Shown: in pieces, positions 1 through 9,060 of the stretch
Layout of the letters: every line of letters begins with the position of its first letter
How positions within the stretch are numbered: the first letter of the stretch is position 1
Sequence record: ON568341.1
DNA length: 64,000 nucleotides
Strand: one strand, 5' to 3'
DNA from: Escherichia phage UE-S1
Notes under the pieces: generated by a model
Told to the model about the DNA's origin: nothing
Database searches by the model: none
What the model saw: only the letters and a program-made list of their open reading frames with translations
Program-made: the position numbers and the translations under genes

Positions 1-7
1 AAAATTC

Positions 8-214
8 ATGCCTATAATTCCAGTTGCTTTTTGTCAACCGGGAAAAGGTGAAGCGTTTTTCAACACTTTACTCCAGAATAATGAACATGGTACAATGGTA
101 GGTCTAGAATTTGAAATCACATCAGTTGAATTCGGATACTTTTCACATGAATCAGTTAATTATGTGCCTGATACATTTGTGATTACCCTACCAAACAATA
201 ACATAGGAGGTTGA
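8..214 (+). CDS. hypothetical protein (68 aa)
   Basis: Track ORF at window edge; no motif recognised. Confidence 0.35.
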   Translation: MPIIPVAFCQPGKGEAFFNTLLQNNEHGTMVGLEFEITSVEFGYFSHESVNYVPDTFVITLPNNNIGG

Positions 215-215
215 T

Positions 216-527
216 ATGTTTAATCCTTTCTTTGATCCGTCTGGGATGACCGAAAAGGAACTACAGTTGAAAATTAATGAACAGTCAATGCGTTTAACAT
301 CAGCACGTGCTGCTGGGATGAGCAATATGATTATTGGTAATATGCAAACTGTGTTAAATCAATGTTATGCTGAACTAGAACTTCGTCAAGGACAAAAAGA
401 GAAAAATGTTTACGATGATGAAGGTCCATGTATATTTGACATGGATTCCTATCTAACAGATAATGAAGAGGCCCAGAAGAAGAAAAATGAAAGTACAAGG
501 AAACAGATTTATAAGTCCCAATGGTGA
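216..527 (+). CDS. hypothetical protein (103 aa)
   Basis: Track ORF; overlaps next ORF in another frame near an A-rich run (agaagaagaaaaatg). Confidence 0.4.
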   Translation: MFNPFFDPSGMTEKELQLKINEQSMRLTSARAAGMSNMIIGNMQTVLNQCYAELELRQGQKEKNVYDDEGPCIFDMDSYLTDNEEAQKKKNESTRKQIYKSQW

Positions 528-1005
528 TGTGAAATGTAATCTCAATGCAGTTGTTTATGCAATCAATTGTGGTGTAGATATCCAGTACTTACAATTACAG
601 GAAATTGATGAACCTGAAAGGTTAAAATTTAATGATAACTGTAAAAAATTTGGCTTAGAACAACGTATGCTGGATTATACGATAGAACATGATAAAAATC
701 ATGAACTTTGGCGTTATGATCCAGTGTATGATAATATAAATCTTCGTGATTATTTTTTAGAAAAATGTACTTCAGATGAAGCACGAAAACGTGTTGAATA
801 TGAACTTGATTTATATGAATATTATAATATGACAAAGCTATTGAGGTGTATGATATGGCTAGTCGATTATATGGAAGAAAATAAGATCTTTTGGGGTCTT
901 GGGCGTGGAAGCTCTGTTGCATCGTATTGTTTGTTTTTGATTGGTCTACATATGGTAGATTCATTGAAATATGAACTTGATGTTAATGAATTTTTGAAAT
1001 GGTAG
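463..1005 (+). CDS. hypothetical protein; start uncertain
   Basis: Track ORF; C-terminal GLGRGSSVASYCLFLIG motif; 5' end overlaps previous ORF. Confidence 0.4.
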   Translation: MKRPRRRKMKVQGNRFISPNGDVKCNLNAVVYAINCGVDIQYLQLQEIDEPERLKFNDNCKKFGLEQRMLDYTIEHDKNHELWRYDPVYDNINLRDYFLEKCTSDEARKRVEYELDLYEYYNMTKLLRCMIWLVDYMEENKIFWGLGRGSSVASYCLFLIGLHMVDSLKYELDVNEFLKW

Positions 1006-1023
1006 AAAAACATGTGATATAAT
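994..1023 (+). promoter_or_regulatory. sigma70-like promoter (TTGAAA-N18-TGaTATAAT)
   Basis: Extended -10 TGnTATAAT at 1014-1023, weak -35; upstream of ORF 1072. Confidence 0.45.
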
Positions 1024-1071
1024 GTTTGTTACAGAAGCATTATATCACACATACAATAAAAGGATTTTTAT

Positions 1072-1416
1072 ATGTCTAAACACACAACTTATCGTGGTAC
1101 AACTATTGATATGGATATGCTCAAGTACCAAAACCAATACCAAGTTGCATTAGGTAACGCAAACCTAAATGCACGCGGTGACAAAATTGGTTCCGGTGGT
1201 ACAATTGTTAAAACTCGTGAAGAGTTACTACAAGAAAAAGAACGAGAAATGCAAATTCCTGATTATATTCCTGAGCATCAACTTCATAGTACTGAGCATA
1301 GTACTGAAGATGTATGGGATGATGAAAGTTTTGAAGTTAAGCCTGAAGAACAAGAAGCTAAGGTTTCCGAAGAGAAGAAAGCACCACGTCGAGCTAGAAC
1401 CAAAGATCAGGAGTAA
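1072..1416 (+). CDS. hypothetical acidic protein (114 aa)
   Basis: Track ORF following promoter; no motif recognised. Confidence 0.55.
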   Translation: MSKHTTYRGTTIDMDMLKYQNQYQVALGNANLNARGDKIGSGGTIVKTREELLQEKEREMQIPDYIPEHQLHSTEHSTEDVWDDESFEVKPEEQEAKVSEEKKAPRRARTKDQE

Positions 1417-1424
1417 TATATTAA

Positions 1425-1751
1425 ATGACTAAAAAAGTAATGACAGCATGTAAAGGTAAAGTTTTAGTAACTGAACTTGAACATGGTGAACGTAAAACAG
1501 CAGGTGGTATCGTTTTAACAAACGATGATGGTAAAATTCGAGGAATCCGCTCACGATGGGCGAGAGTTTATTCTGTTGGTGAGGACATTACTGATATTAA
1601 AGAAGGGCAATGGATTTTAATCGATCATGGACGATGGTCCAGAACGATTGAAGTTGATGGTATCAAATTGAACTTAGTTGATTACCCTGCTGCTGTTAGT
1701 TTAGTGTCAGATGAAGACCCTCGAACTAAAATGCTAACATTTGGACGTTAA
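1425..1751 (+). CDS. GroES/Cpn10-like co-chaperonin fold protein
   Basis: ERKTAGGIVLT ... ARVYSVGED ... pattern mirrors GroES (KSAGGIVLT ... VLAVGNG); about 100 aa like Cpn10. Confidence 0.55.
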   Translation: MTKKVMTACKGKVLVTELEHGERKTAGGIVLTNDDGKIRGIRSRWARVYSVGEDITDIKEGQWILIDHGRWSRTIEVDGIKLNLVDYPAAVSLVSDEDPRTKMLTFGR

Positions 1752-1794
1752 TATAATATAATTAAAGCTCGGAATAATTTCTGGGCTTTTTATT

Positions 1795-2076
1795 TTGGAC
1801 ACTTTTATGATAACGGATGATGGAAAATTTAGTTTTAAAGATGTAACATTGATATCAAAAAACGGAAGATTCATGTTTGAAGATAGAAAAAATACCAAAT
1901 ATGTGTATGAAGTTTCCCATGATATGTTTAAGGTTTTATTAGTTGCTGCTGCCCAAGCTGAAAGTACTGGGATTAAAAATAAGGCAAATTCTTTTAATTT
2001 TTTATTTAATCAACTAGAAATGACAGAAGACCTTTTTACGGCTTTATTGTACAATTCAGCCGATTGGATTCTATAA
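1795..2076 (+). CDS. hypothetical protein (93 aa)
   Basis: Track ORF; no motif. Confidence 0.45.
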   Translation: MDTFMITDDGKFSFKDVTLISKNGRFMFEDRKNTKYVYEVSHDMFKVLLVAAAQAESTGIKNKANSFNFLFNQLEMTEDLFTALLYNSADWIL

Positions 2077-2101
2077 ACACGTACACAGAAGGAAATATAA
2101 A

Positions 2102-3055
2102 ATGACCACACTATGGACTGAAAAATATCGCCCACAAACAATGGAAGATTATGTATCAAAGAACGATGCACTACGCCAGAAAATGGAAGAATGGATTAAA
2201 ACTGGTGATATTCCTCATATTGGTTTTTTTGGCCCAGCAGGAACTGGTAAAACATCTGCAATTAAAGTTCTTATTAATGGGTTAGTTCAAAATGGACACC
2301 TAGACCCAAGTGATGTAACGACTCTTAATATGTCAGATGAAGGTATTGATGCGGTACGTGATAAAATCGATGCAGCAGCTAAACTATCATGTTTTGGAAG
2401 ATATCGTATTTTTGTTCTTGAAGAAATGGAGCAGATGAACCATAAAGCACAAGGTAGTTTGAAACGTGTAATGGAGGATTATCATGAAAATGCTCGCTTT
2501 ATTTTAACAAGTAATGAGCCACATAAAATTCAAAAGCCTATCATTTCTCGTGTTCAAGTCATCACTATTGAAAAGCATGACATGGAACAGTTCATGACTA
2601 GAATTTACAATATCCTTCTCGCCGAAGGTGTTGACCTGAGTAGTGATGATAGTGTTGAGCAAGTCCAAAAGTACATCAATGCTTCATATCCTGATTTTCG
2701 TAAAACGTTAAACGTATTGCAAAGTTCTGTTGTTGATGGTAAGCTAGTAAAATTAGAGGATAGTATTGAAAATTCAGCGGGATACCGCACTGCAATCATT
2801 GATGCATTGAAGGCAGGTAATATTCGTCAAATGCGAGAACAGATTGTTCAATCTATTCCTGATGATGAAATGGATGCATTTTTCTCTTACTTATACCGAA
2901 ATGCTGAAATGTTCAGTACTGACGAAATCACGCTGATGAAGATTAAAGTTAAAATTCGTGATGCAGTTGTAAAGCAAGCTACAGTGTCAGATCGTGAAAT
3001 GAATCTCAGTGCTTTGTTGTGTGAGATTGACCTAATTTGTTCGGGGAACATGTAA
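2102..3055 (+). CDS. clamp-loader AAA+ ATPase (T4 gp44 / RFC-like)
   Basis: EKYRPQTMEDY, Walker A GPAGTGKTS, SRVQVI and C-terminal YPDFRKTLNVL match T4 gp44 (EQKYRPSTIDE, SPGTGKT, FPDFRKTIGEL); 317 aa. Confidence 0.85.
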   Translation: MTTLWTEKYRPQTMEDYVSKNDALRQKMEEWIKTGDIPHIGFFGPAGTGKTSAIKVLINGLVQNGHLDPSDVTTLNMSDEGIDAVRDKIDAAAKLSCFGRYRIFVLEEMEQMNHKAQGSLKRVMEDYHENARFILTSNEPHKIQKPIISRVQVITIEKHDMEQFMTRIYNILLAEGVDLSSDDSVEQVQKYINASYPDFRKTLNVLQSSVVDGKLVKLEDSIENSAGYRTAIIDALKAGNIRQMREQIVQSIPDDEMDAFFSYLYRNAEMFSTDEITLMKIKVKIRDAVVKQATVSDREMNLSALLCEIDLICSGNM

Positions 3056-3684
3056 TGAAGCCACGTTGTATTGTCTTTGATTGTGACGAAGTTCTGTTGG
3101 ATCACATGGGTATGCTTTCTGAGTTTGTAAAACAAACTTATAATATCACACCATCAACAACATACCCATTGAAATATGATTTGTCAGATTGGTTAGGTGT
3201 ATCCCAGTCTGAAGTTAAAAAAATTCTTGAACATTTTAACCAACAATCATATTTGTTTGGATTGTTAAAGCCAGTTGAACCAAATACAGTTGATATTGTT
3301 CAAGAGTTGCGTGACCGTTTTTATAATGAAAAATTTGTAGTTCTAACTAAATGTGGCAAGAAAGGATATGGTGAAGTTTTGCGTAATGTAAATCTTATGC
3401 GTGAATTTGGTGAAAACTGCTTTGATGAGATTATCATTATTGAAATGAATGAATCAAAGAAACAAGCATTAGAAGAGTTACAAAAGAAGTATGATGTGAA
3501 ATTAATGATCGACGATTACATCAATAACATTGAAACTGCAATGGAACTTGGAATCCCTTCTGTTATGATGGGTTCTTCACATAATATTATGTATAAGAAT
3601 AATAGTACTGGATTTGAATATATAGATAACTGGACCGAACTTAGACTTAAAATTTATTCCGTTCTGGGTAAATATTACAAATAA
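3055..3684 (+). CDS. HAD-superfamily phosphatase / 5'(3')-deoxyribonucleotidase-like
   Basis: HAD motif I IVFDCDEVLLD (DxDxV) at N-terminus; ATG overlaps gp44 stop (TAATG). Confidence 0.6.
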   Translation: MKPRCIVFDCDEVLLDHMGMLSEFVKQTYNITPSTTYPLKYDLSDWLGVSQSEVKKILEHFNQQSYLFGLLKPVEPNTVDIVQELRDRFYNEKFVVLTKCGKKGYGEVLRNVNLMREFGENCFDEIIIIEMNESKKQALEELQKKYDVKLMIDDYINNIETAMELGIPSVMMGSSHNIMYKNNSTGFEYIDNWTELRLKIYSVLGKYYK

Positions 3685-3696
3685 AACTTTTAAATT

Positions 3697-3722
3697 GGGG
3701 TTTGTTTCAAACCCCTTTTGTT
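3697..3722 (+). terminator. rho-independent terminator
   Basis: GGGGTTTG-ttt-CAAACCCC hairpin followed by T-run. Confidence 0.7.
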
Positions 3723-3780
3723 GTATTTTAAAAGTAGTAAATAGTATTATATGTGCTAGTTTTTAAGGATAATATAGAAT

Positions 3781-4344
3781 ATGGAAGATTTAGATTATAC
3801 AGATAATGCTATTCAGCAGTTGTATGATAATAGTGGTATGTTAGATATACTTCTTGCTGTTGAGAAATATTTCGATGATAATGATTTATATGCATATAAA
3901 GGTATCATCGAGGGAGAATTAGTTGAAGGTCCAATTGTAAGTAAATATTGGTGTACTGTTACATTTAAATACTATCGTGAAAATTTTCCAGATCCTACAG
4001 CATTCTCCATTTTGGAGAAACATGGTACTAAAGTATATGTCAAAGCTGATTATGAAATAACACCAATACAAGAACCAAATCGCCAAGCTGACATGAAAAG
4101 CGTAGCGACACAATCTGGTTCTGTGCGTATTCCAAAAAATGAAAGAATTCCAGTACTGTTGGTTAGAGTTCAAATTCCAAGAAACTTAATTAATCCAGAA
4201 AGTTTTGATGAATATAAACTTATGGCATCCGAATTTAATAGTAATCCTATGAATTCTCCCGAAAATACCGAAGAACCAGTCACTGGTGGTGATGTTGATT
4301 TGGATGTCGATGTAAATGATGATATGCAAGAAGGTGGAATGTAA
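3781..4344 (+). CDS. hypothetical acidic protein (187 aa)
   Basis: Track ORF; no motif. Confidence 0.55.
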   Translation: MEDLDYTDNAIQQLYDNSGMLDILLAVEKYFDDNDLYAYKGIIEGELVEGPIVSKYWCTVTFKYYRENFPDPTAFSILEKHGTKVYVKADYEITPIQEPNRQADMKSVATQSGSVRIPKNERIPVLLVRVQIPRNLINPESFDEYKLMASEFNSNPMNSPENTEEPVTGGDVDLDVDVNDDMQEGGM

Positions 4345-5024
4345 TGAAAAAGAAATTAAATGAACAGGGATTACGCCCACAGGTTCTTAAAGACTTGATT
4401 CATCCTATTATTAGTGTTGATGAATATACTCCTAAAATTGAGGATAGTAATATTGTTATTATGTTCCAAGTTCTAAATAATTTTGATGCCGCATACGATT
4501 TATCTTCTTTTATTGAAAAATCACCAATTGATGCAATCGATACAGAAGCAGCAGAAACTCCTAATTTGGACGGTCGATATCAAGTTTATGTTGAAATGGA
4601 ACGCAATGCGGAGTTCCCTGAAAAACTATTACGTTTAATCAAAACCATTGAAAACATTTGTCCAGACCCTGGTTGGAAAATCCAACTATATGGTGTTAAT
4701 GATCCCATTGATGTTGATTTTGACGAAATACAGCAGAGAATTGATTTAGGTATTCCGAGTACAATTAGTGAGTTTCTTGACTATGCAGGAGTTTCTGCAA
4801 TTAAAGAAGGTAATATGTTGACACTAAAAACTGCATATGGTAAATTACATTATAGTTCTGGAAGTGGGTTTGTTTCGGAAACATATGTTAAAAAGTTATT
4901 AAAAAGTGATACACAATTGGATACATCACGTCTAAGTTCTATTTTAGGTGAAAGTTATACAGTTCTACGTAGTGGTGATCAATATGTGATTGGGAGAAAT
5001 GGGAAGTATTTGGTGTTGCGATGA
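4344..5024 (+). CDS. hypothetical protein (226 aa)
   Basis: Track ORF; start overlaps upstream stop. Confidence 0.55.
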   Translation: MKKKLNEQGLRPQVLKDLIHPIISVDEYTPKIEDSNIVIMFQVLNNFDAAYDLSSFIEKSPIDAIDTEAAETPNLDGRYQVYVEMERNAEFPEKLLRLIKTIENICPDPGWKIQLYGVNDPIDVDFDEIQQRIDLGIPSTISEFLDYAGVSAIKEGNMLTLKTAYGKLHYSSGSGFVSETYVKKLLKSDTQLDTSRLSSILGESYTVLRSGDQYVIGRNGKYLVLR

Positions 5025-5839
5025 GAATTTTAAATATGCTTAAATCTCTTCACGAAACAACGAAATTACATCATGATGAAAAATATCGTCGCAGTCTTAC
5101 AAAAGATTTAGCATGTCGAATGTATATGCGTAGATTCGAAATTTCTAGAATTGGCAAAGGGTGGGACGATGTAAATCGTGAAGATATTGATCCAGATGCA
5201 ATTTTTAAAGCATACATGGCTAGAAAAGTTTTCATAAATGAAAAAACTTTTTATATTGATAGTGATAGAGAATTAGAAAATAAATTTACAAAAGGTTTAT
5301 GGAAGATATGGTGTGTTGAAGTATTCGGTGAAGTATTACCTGAGCCACCTGTTCCAGAAACTTATAAAGATTTAAAAATTATTTTTGATAATGAACATAT
5401 ACATTCAAATTTTTCATTATATGATACTGTATCAGAAGCTGTATTTTATGGTGAGTTACATGGACATAACAAATACTTTAATAGTATGGTGAGTTTTGAT
5501 TTGTTTTGTCACTTACCTGGTGTATCAAGTTGGACTTGTGATCAATACAGAGCAAGTAAGTATGATAAGCGAAAATTCTCAGCACAAAGATTTATGCAAG
5601 TTGCTATGAGTATGTACAAGCTTGATTATCTAGGTTGTCCAGAGCCATATAAACATTTTTGGAAAGAAAGAGCACAAAAATGTTTAAACTATTGTATAAT
5701 TCGTTTAATGAACACATACATTCTTAAGTTTAGAAATGCAACTGTATACGACATGCCTGAACCACCAAAGAATGAAAAATATCCTCCAGTCAAAACATTT
5801 GTATGGTACAAGGATAAAAGTAACAAAAGGATGCACTAA
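5021..5839 (+). CDS. hypothetical protein (272 aa)
   Basis: Track ORF; overlapping stop/start with upstream gene. Confidence 0.55.
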   Translation: MRILNMLKSLHETTKLHHDEKYRRSLTKDLACRMYMRRFEISRIGKGWDDVNREDIDPDAIFKAYMARKVFINEKTFYIDSDRELENKFTKGLWKIWCVEVFGEVLPEPPVPETYKDLKIIFDNEHIHSNFSLYDTVSEAVFYGELHGHNKYFNSMVSFDLFCHLPGVSSWTCDQYRASKYDKRKFSAQRFMQVAMSMYKLDYLGCPEPYKHFWKERAQKCLNYCIIRLMNTYILKFRNATVYDMPEPPKNEKYPPVKTFVWYKDKSNKRMH

Positions 5840-5860
5840 GGTGTGTCCTTTTTTTCTTTT
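5828..5860 (+). terminator. rho-independent terminator (imperfect stem)
   Basis: GGATGCAC-taag-GTGTGTCC followed by TTTTTTT. Confidence 0.5.
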
Positions 5861-5865
5861 TAGGT

Positions 5866-5895
5866 GTTGACATGTGTAGTGGAAGGATGTACAAT
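5866..5895 (+). promoter_or_regulatory. sigma70-like promoter (TTGACA-N18-TACAAT)
   Basis: Consensus -35 and near-consensus -10 upstream of ORF 5937. Confidence 0.5.
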
Positions 5896-5936
5896 AACTA
5901 TATCGAGTGCATTTTAATTGATTATGAGGTTTTATA

Positions 5937-7064
5937 ATGAAAGGTAAATATTTTTTCATTGAAAATGGGAAAGAAGTTGAGATTCAAGAATTTAACTATA
6001 ATTATGTACTGAATTCTTTATTGAAACAATATGACCGTTCATCAAACAAAAAATACATTTACAACGTGATAGTTCGTCGTACATATGACTCATTGGGTAA
6101 TCCGTCATTTGATGTAAAAACATTGGCATTGGATGAAATCTATTTTGATAATAAACGATTAAAAGTTCTTGATTTAATGAAGGATAAAATTCATTTTAGT
6201 AATGTTAAAATTGATCCGAACATGCCAGTACCGCCACTAGAGCGTGAATATCGTGAATGGAAAGAAGGTCGTTCTAAACCACGTTTAGATATGGTACAAA
6301 CATCACCAAATGTACCTGCACCTATTGTTCTTAAGAAAAAACCTATCAAACCAGACGATAGCAGAATTGCTGACATTGAAAAATGGGTTGAATTCCCTAG
6401 TAATATTGAAAAGAATTCAGTAAAAGTACTAGACTGGTTTGTAAACTTACCAGTTTGTGCACAAGAAATTGGAACTAAGATTCAACAAATTTCAGAACGT
6501 CAATTGGATCTTAATTCAGCATTACAACAGCATAGTGATTATATCCGAATGCTTATGAATAATCTTACAGTTGCTTTGGAGTCTTTGTTTCCATTGAAGC
6601 CAACTTTTACGCAAAAATTGTTTGGTAAAACTGATATCAAAGTACAGCCATCAGATTTACCAAAAGTAATGAAAGCACTAAATGATGCAGTTAAGTATGA
6701 CACTAATAAGTTTAGTGGTCTTAGTACTATGTTTTCAGAACTAAGAAACGAAGTTCATGTAATCAAAAATGAACTTGAATATGGAAAGTTGGGGTGTGAA
6801 TATGCACTACGTCGTGTGGATGATGCGTTTGAATATGAATTAACGTTAGAACGTATTATGAAAATGGGAATCACTACATCCATGACTGAAACGAGCATTA
6901 TTGCAACAAGTAAGCAATATCAAGTTGATATGAATCGTATGGTAGATATTCAAACGATTACTATCCCTTTGATTATCAATCGTTTACAATCACAGACAGG
7001 TAAAGCAGTAGATGAGGATACTGTAGAAATTATTCGTAATCTGGCATATGGTAACAAAGAGTAA
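5937..7064 (+). CDS. hypothetical protein (375 aa)
   Basis: Track ORF; no motif. Confidence 0.55.
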   Translation: MKGKYFFIENGKEVEIQEFNYNYVLNSLLKQYDRSSNKKYIYNVIVRRTYDSLGNPSFDVKTLALDEIYFDNKRLKVLDLMKDKIHFSNVKIDPNMPVPPLEREYREWKEGRSKPRLDMVQTSPNVPAPIVLKKKPIKPDDSRIADIEKWVEFPSNIEKNSVKVLDWFVNLPVCAQEIGTKIQQISERQLDLNSALQQHSDYIRMLMNNLTVALESLFPLKPTFTQKLFGKTDIKVQPSDLPKVMKALNDAVKYDTNKFSGLSTMFSELRNEVHVIKNELEYGKLGCEYALRRVDDAFEYELTLERIMKMGITTSMTETSIIATSKQYQVDMNRMVDIQTITIPLIINRLQSQTGKAVDEDTVEIIRNLAYGNKE

Positions 7065-7073
7065 AAAAATACT

Positions 7074-7101
7074 TGACTAGCATCTGTGCTGCACGTATAA
7101 T
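7074..7101 (+). promoter_or_regulatory. sigma70-like promoter (TTGACT-N16-TATAAT-GTTT)
   Basis: Consensus hexamers; same TATAATGTTT downstream box as other promoters in window. Confidence 0.65.
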
Positions 7102-7149
7102 GTTTATCACAAAGCAGCACATCATATTAAATTACACGAGGAATACTAA

Positions 7150-8286
7150 ATGTCCGAGAAAGAAATCAATCCAAAAAAAGCATCTACCGCAGCTAAAACT
7201 ACAAAACGTTCTACCAAAACTGCATCTAAAGGGCATACCATTGATGCAAGTGATATTTTTAACCAAACTACAAAATCACTCCCAGTACTGAAAGATGTTA
7301 AGGGTAATACTATGTCTCTAACAGTTCAAAACATCAACACTGTTGGTACAACTGCTGGTGCTGCTGTTGGACGATTAGCTGATGAAATCATGTCTAAAGT
7401 TAATGTAACTGATGACAATACAGAGTTTGGAAAATCAATCACAACAATTCTTACATTGACTCGTGCAGTTGATATTGACAGTCTTCAAGAAGATAAATCA
7501 ATTGTGGGGCGTATTAAGAAATTTTTTGTTAATGCTCAGCAGAAAGTTGGTGATCAGTACAAAAATAGCAAAGAGCAAATTGATGAAATCATGAAAACTC
7601 TTCAAACTGGTATTAATCGCCAGCACGGAGAGTGTGAATGGCTTGATAAAGCATATAATGAAAACAAAGAATATTTGTTTGAATTACGTGATACATTAGT
7701 TGGTTTAGAAGAAGTAACGAAATCGCAAGATGCATTGTTAGCAGAAATGCAAGCAGACAAAAATGTAGACTCTTTTGCTATTCAAGAGCAGAAGATGATT
7801 TGTGAAGCACTTTCTAAACAAGAAGATAAGATTCGTCGTCTTATTATGATGTGTGAACTAAGTGGCCCACGTCTGATGAGTATGAAAAAAGTAAACTTGA
7901 ACACTGTTTCTAAGTTTGAAGATTTAAAATCTGTTGTTATTCCAGCATGGAAGTCTCAATTGGCTGAACAGTTGATTTCCGAGCGTCAACGTAAGGATAA
8001 TGAACTGGGAAATCTAATTGATAATGAGACAAACCGTCTTTTAGAAACTAATTCTAAAATGGTTGCAGCAAATATGTTGGATGCAGCAAAGGCAAACAAC
8101 CGTGGTATTGTGGATATTAAAACTTTGCGTAATGTACATAAAACAATGATTGACAGCATTGAAGCAGTTATTGAAGAAGAGAAAAAAGGTAAATTGGAAC
8201 GTGAACGTGCTAAACAGGAAATTGCACAACTTTCCTATGAACTTGAAGACACCCTTCGTGAAATTGCCGAAAAAGCTAACAAGTAA
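7150..8286 (+). CDS. coiled-coil protein (378 aa); function unknown
   Basis: Long heptad-like K/E-rich sequence; RBS-like acgaggaat upstream. Confidence 0.55.
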   Translation: MSEKEINPKKASTAAKTTKRSTKTASKGHTIDASDIFNQTTKSLPVLKDVKGNTMSLTVQNINTVGTTAGAAVGRLADEIMSKVNVTDDNTEFGKSITTILTLTRAVDIDSLQEDKSIVGRIKKFFVNAQQKVGDQYKNSKEQIDEIMKTLQTGINRQHGECEWLDKAYNENKEYLFELRDTLVGLEEVTKSQDALLAEMQADKNVDSFAIQEQKMICEALSKQEDKIRRLIMMCELSGPRLMSMKKVNLNTVSKFEDLKSVVIPAWKSQLAEQLISERQRKDNELGNLIDNETNRLLETNSKMVAANMLDAAKANNRGIVDIKTLRNVHKTMIDSIEAVIEEEKKGKLERERAKQEIAQLSYELEDTLREIAEKANK

Positions 8287-8289
8287 TAG

Positions 8290-8343
8290 TTGACATATGA
8301 GTGCGTTTTTCATATAATAATCTTATTGAAAACGCACTTTTTT
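8290..8343 (+). promoter_or_regulatory. promoter (TTGACA-N17-TATAAT) embedded in terminator-like hairpin
   Basis: TTGACA 8290-8295, TATAAT 8313-8318; GTGCGTTTT / AAAACGCAC arms flank the -10, then T-run. Confidence 0.5.
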
Positions 8344-8367
8344 AATGTACATATAAGGAACGGACAT

Positions 8368-9057
8368 ATGAAACGTCGTCATATTAGTGTTGATATTGAA
8401 GCTCTTGGGACTCCTGAACTTTCAGGTTATGATATTATTATTCCAAATTATGCCGCAGTTGTGGTTCCAAGTAAACCTGAAAATGACATTCATCAGTTCT
8501 TATATATTAAATTGCCATATCAGGATCAAGTTGCTGCTGGTTTAAAATCAGATGCAGGTGCAATGGATTTTTGGATGAATACATGTCAGAAAGAATACTC
8601 CAATGCATATGCTGAAGTTGCCAGTACTATGAAACTCAAAGCACCGGAACTGTATGGACCGAATGGTCAATCACGACGATTTTTCGCATACAGTAGTATT
8701 GTTGATTTCTGGAAAGAATTACGTTACAATGATTATGGCGAAGAAGTCCCTCATTCAGTCTGGGGTAACGGGTGTAATTTCGATTGTAGTATTTTACAAG
8801 CAAATCATTTAAAATTAATGAACACTGGAGAGTTGTGGAAGTATGATGCACCTGAAAATGCACGCACGTTGAAACGCTTACTAAATGAAGAAGCTCGTAT
8901 TGAAATGGATGAAATAGTTTCGGTACAATTAGCTAAATTTGTCACATATGCAAACAAGTGTGGGATTAATGGGTTGGAGTTGCACCACCCACTGTTTGAT
9001 GCAGCACGTGAAGCAATCCAGATTTCATTTTGTCTAAACAAGCTTAAAATGGATTAA
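8368..9057 (+). CDS. DexA-like 3'-5' exonuclease (DEDD family)
   Basis: ISVDIEALGT (Exo I DxE), GNGCNFDCSIL, HHPLFDAAREA resemble T4 DexA (IIDFETMG, GMSFDFPIL, HDSIHDCAKD); start set at ATG after AAGGAA RBS. Confidence 0.6.
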   Translation: MKRRHISVDIEALGTPELSGYDIIIPNYAAVVVPSKPENDIHQFLYIKLPYQDQVAAGLKSDAGAMDFWMNTCQKEYSNAYAEVASTMKLKAPELYGPNGQSRRFFAYSSIVDFWKELRYNDYGEEVPHSVWGNGCNFDCSILQANHLKLMNTGELWKYDAPENARTLKRLLNEEARIEMDEIVSVQLAKFVTYANKCGINGLELHHPLFDAAREAIQISFCLNKLKMD

Positions 9058-9060
9058 TAC

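Noticed and set aside
629-964. Minus-strand ORFs nested inside + strand genes (e.g. 629-964, 2605-2799, 2887-3135, 3919-4173, 6191-6376, 8041-8313, 9212-9487, 9777-10124, 12372-12599, 14375-14632, 18938-19147, 19709-19984, 21379-21591, 27919-28206, 35697-35930, 41261-41566, 50576-50935, 53692-54012, 59743-59934, 60480-60674)
   Set aside because: Fully embedded in longer co-oriented + strand ORFs, no RBS, low-complexity AT-rich translations; typical antisense artefacts in an AT-rich genome.
463-1005. DnaE (Pol III alpha)-like call for the GLGRGSSVASY motif
   Set aside because: A single short motif in a 180-aa ORF; a DnaE would be over 1000 aa. Insufficient evidence.
1169-1432. + strand ORF overlapping ORF 1072-1416 in another frame
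   Set aside because: Overlaps almost its full length with a better ORF that follows a promoter; lysine/isoleucine-rich artefact.
7073-7291. ORF overlapping the promoter and the 5' end of gene 7150
   Set aside because: Begins inside the promoter hexamers and would be upstream of the transcription start.
7150-8286. TelA-like (toxic anion resistance) assignment for the coiled-coil protein
   Set aside because: Based only on size and coiled-coil character; no diagnostic motif recalled with confidence.
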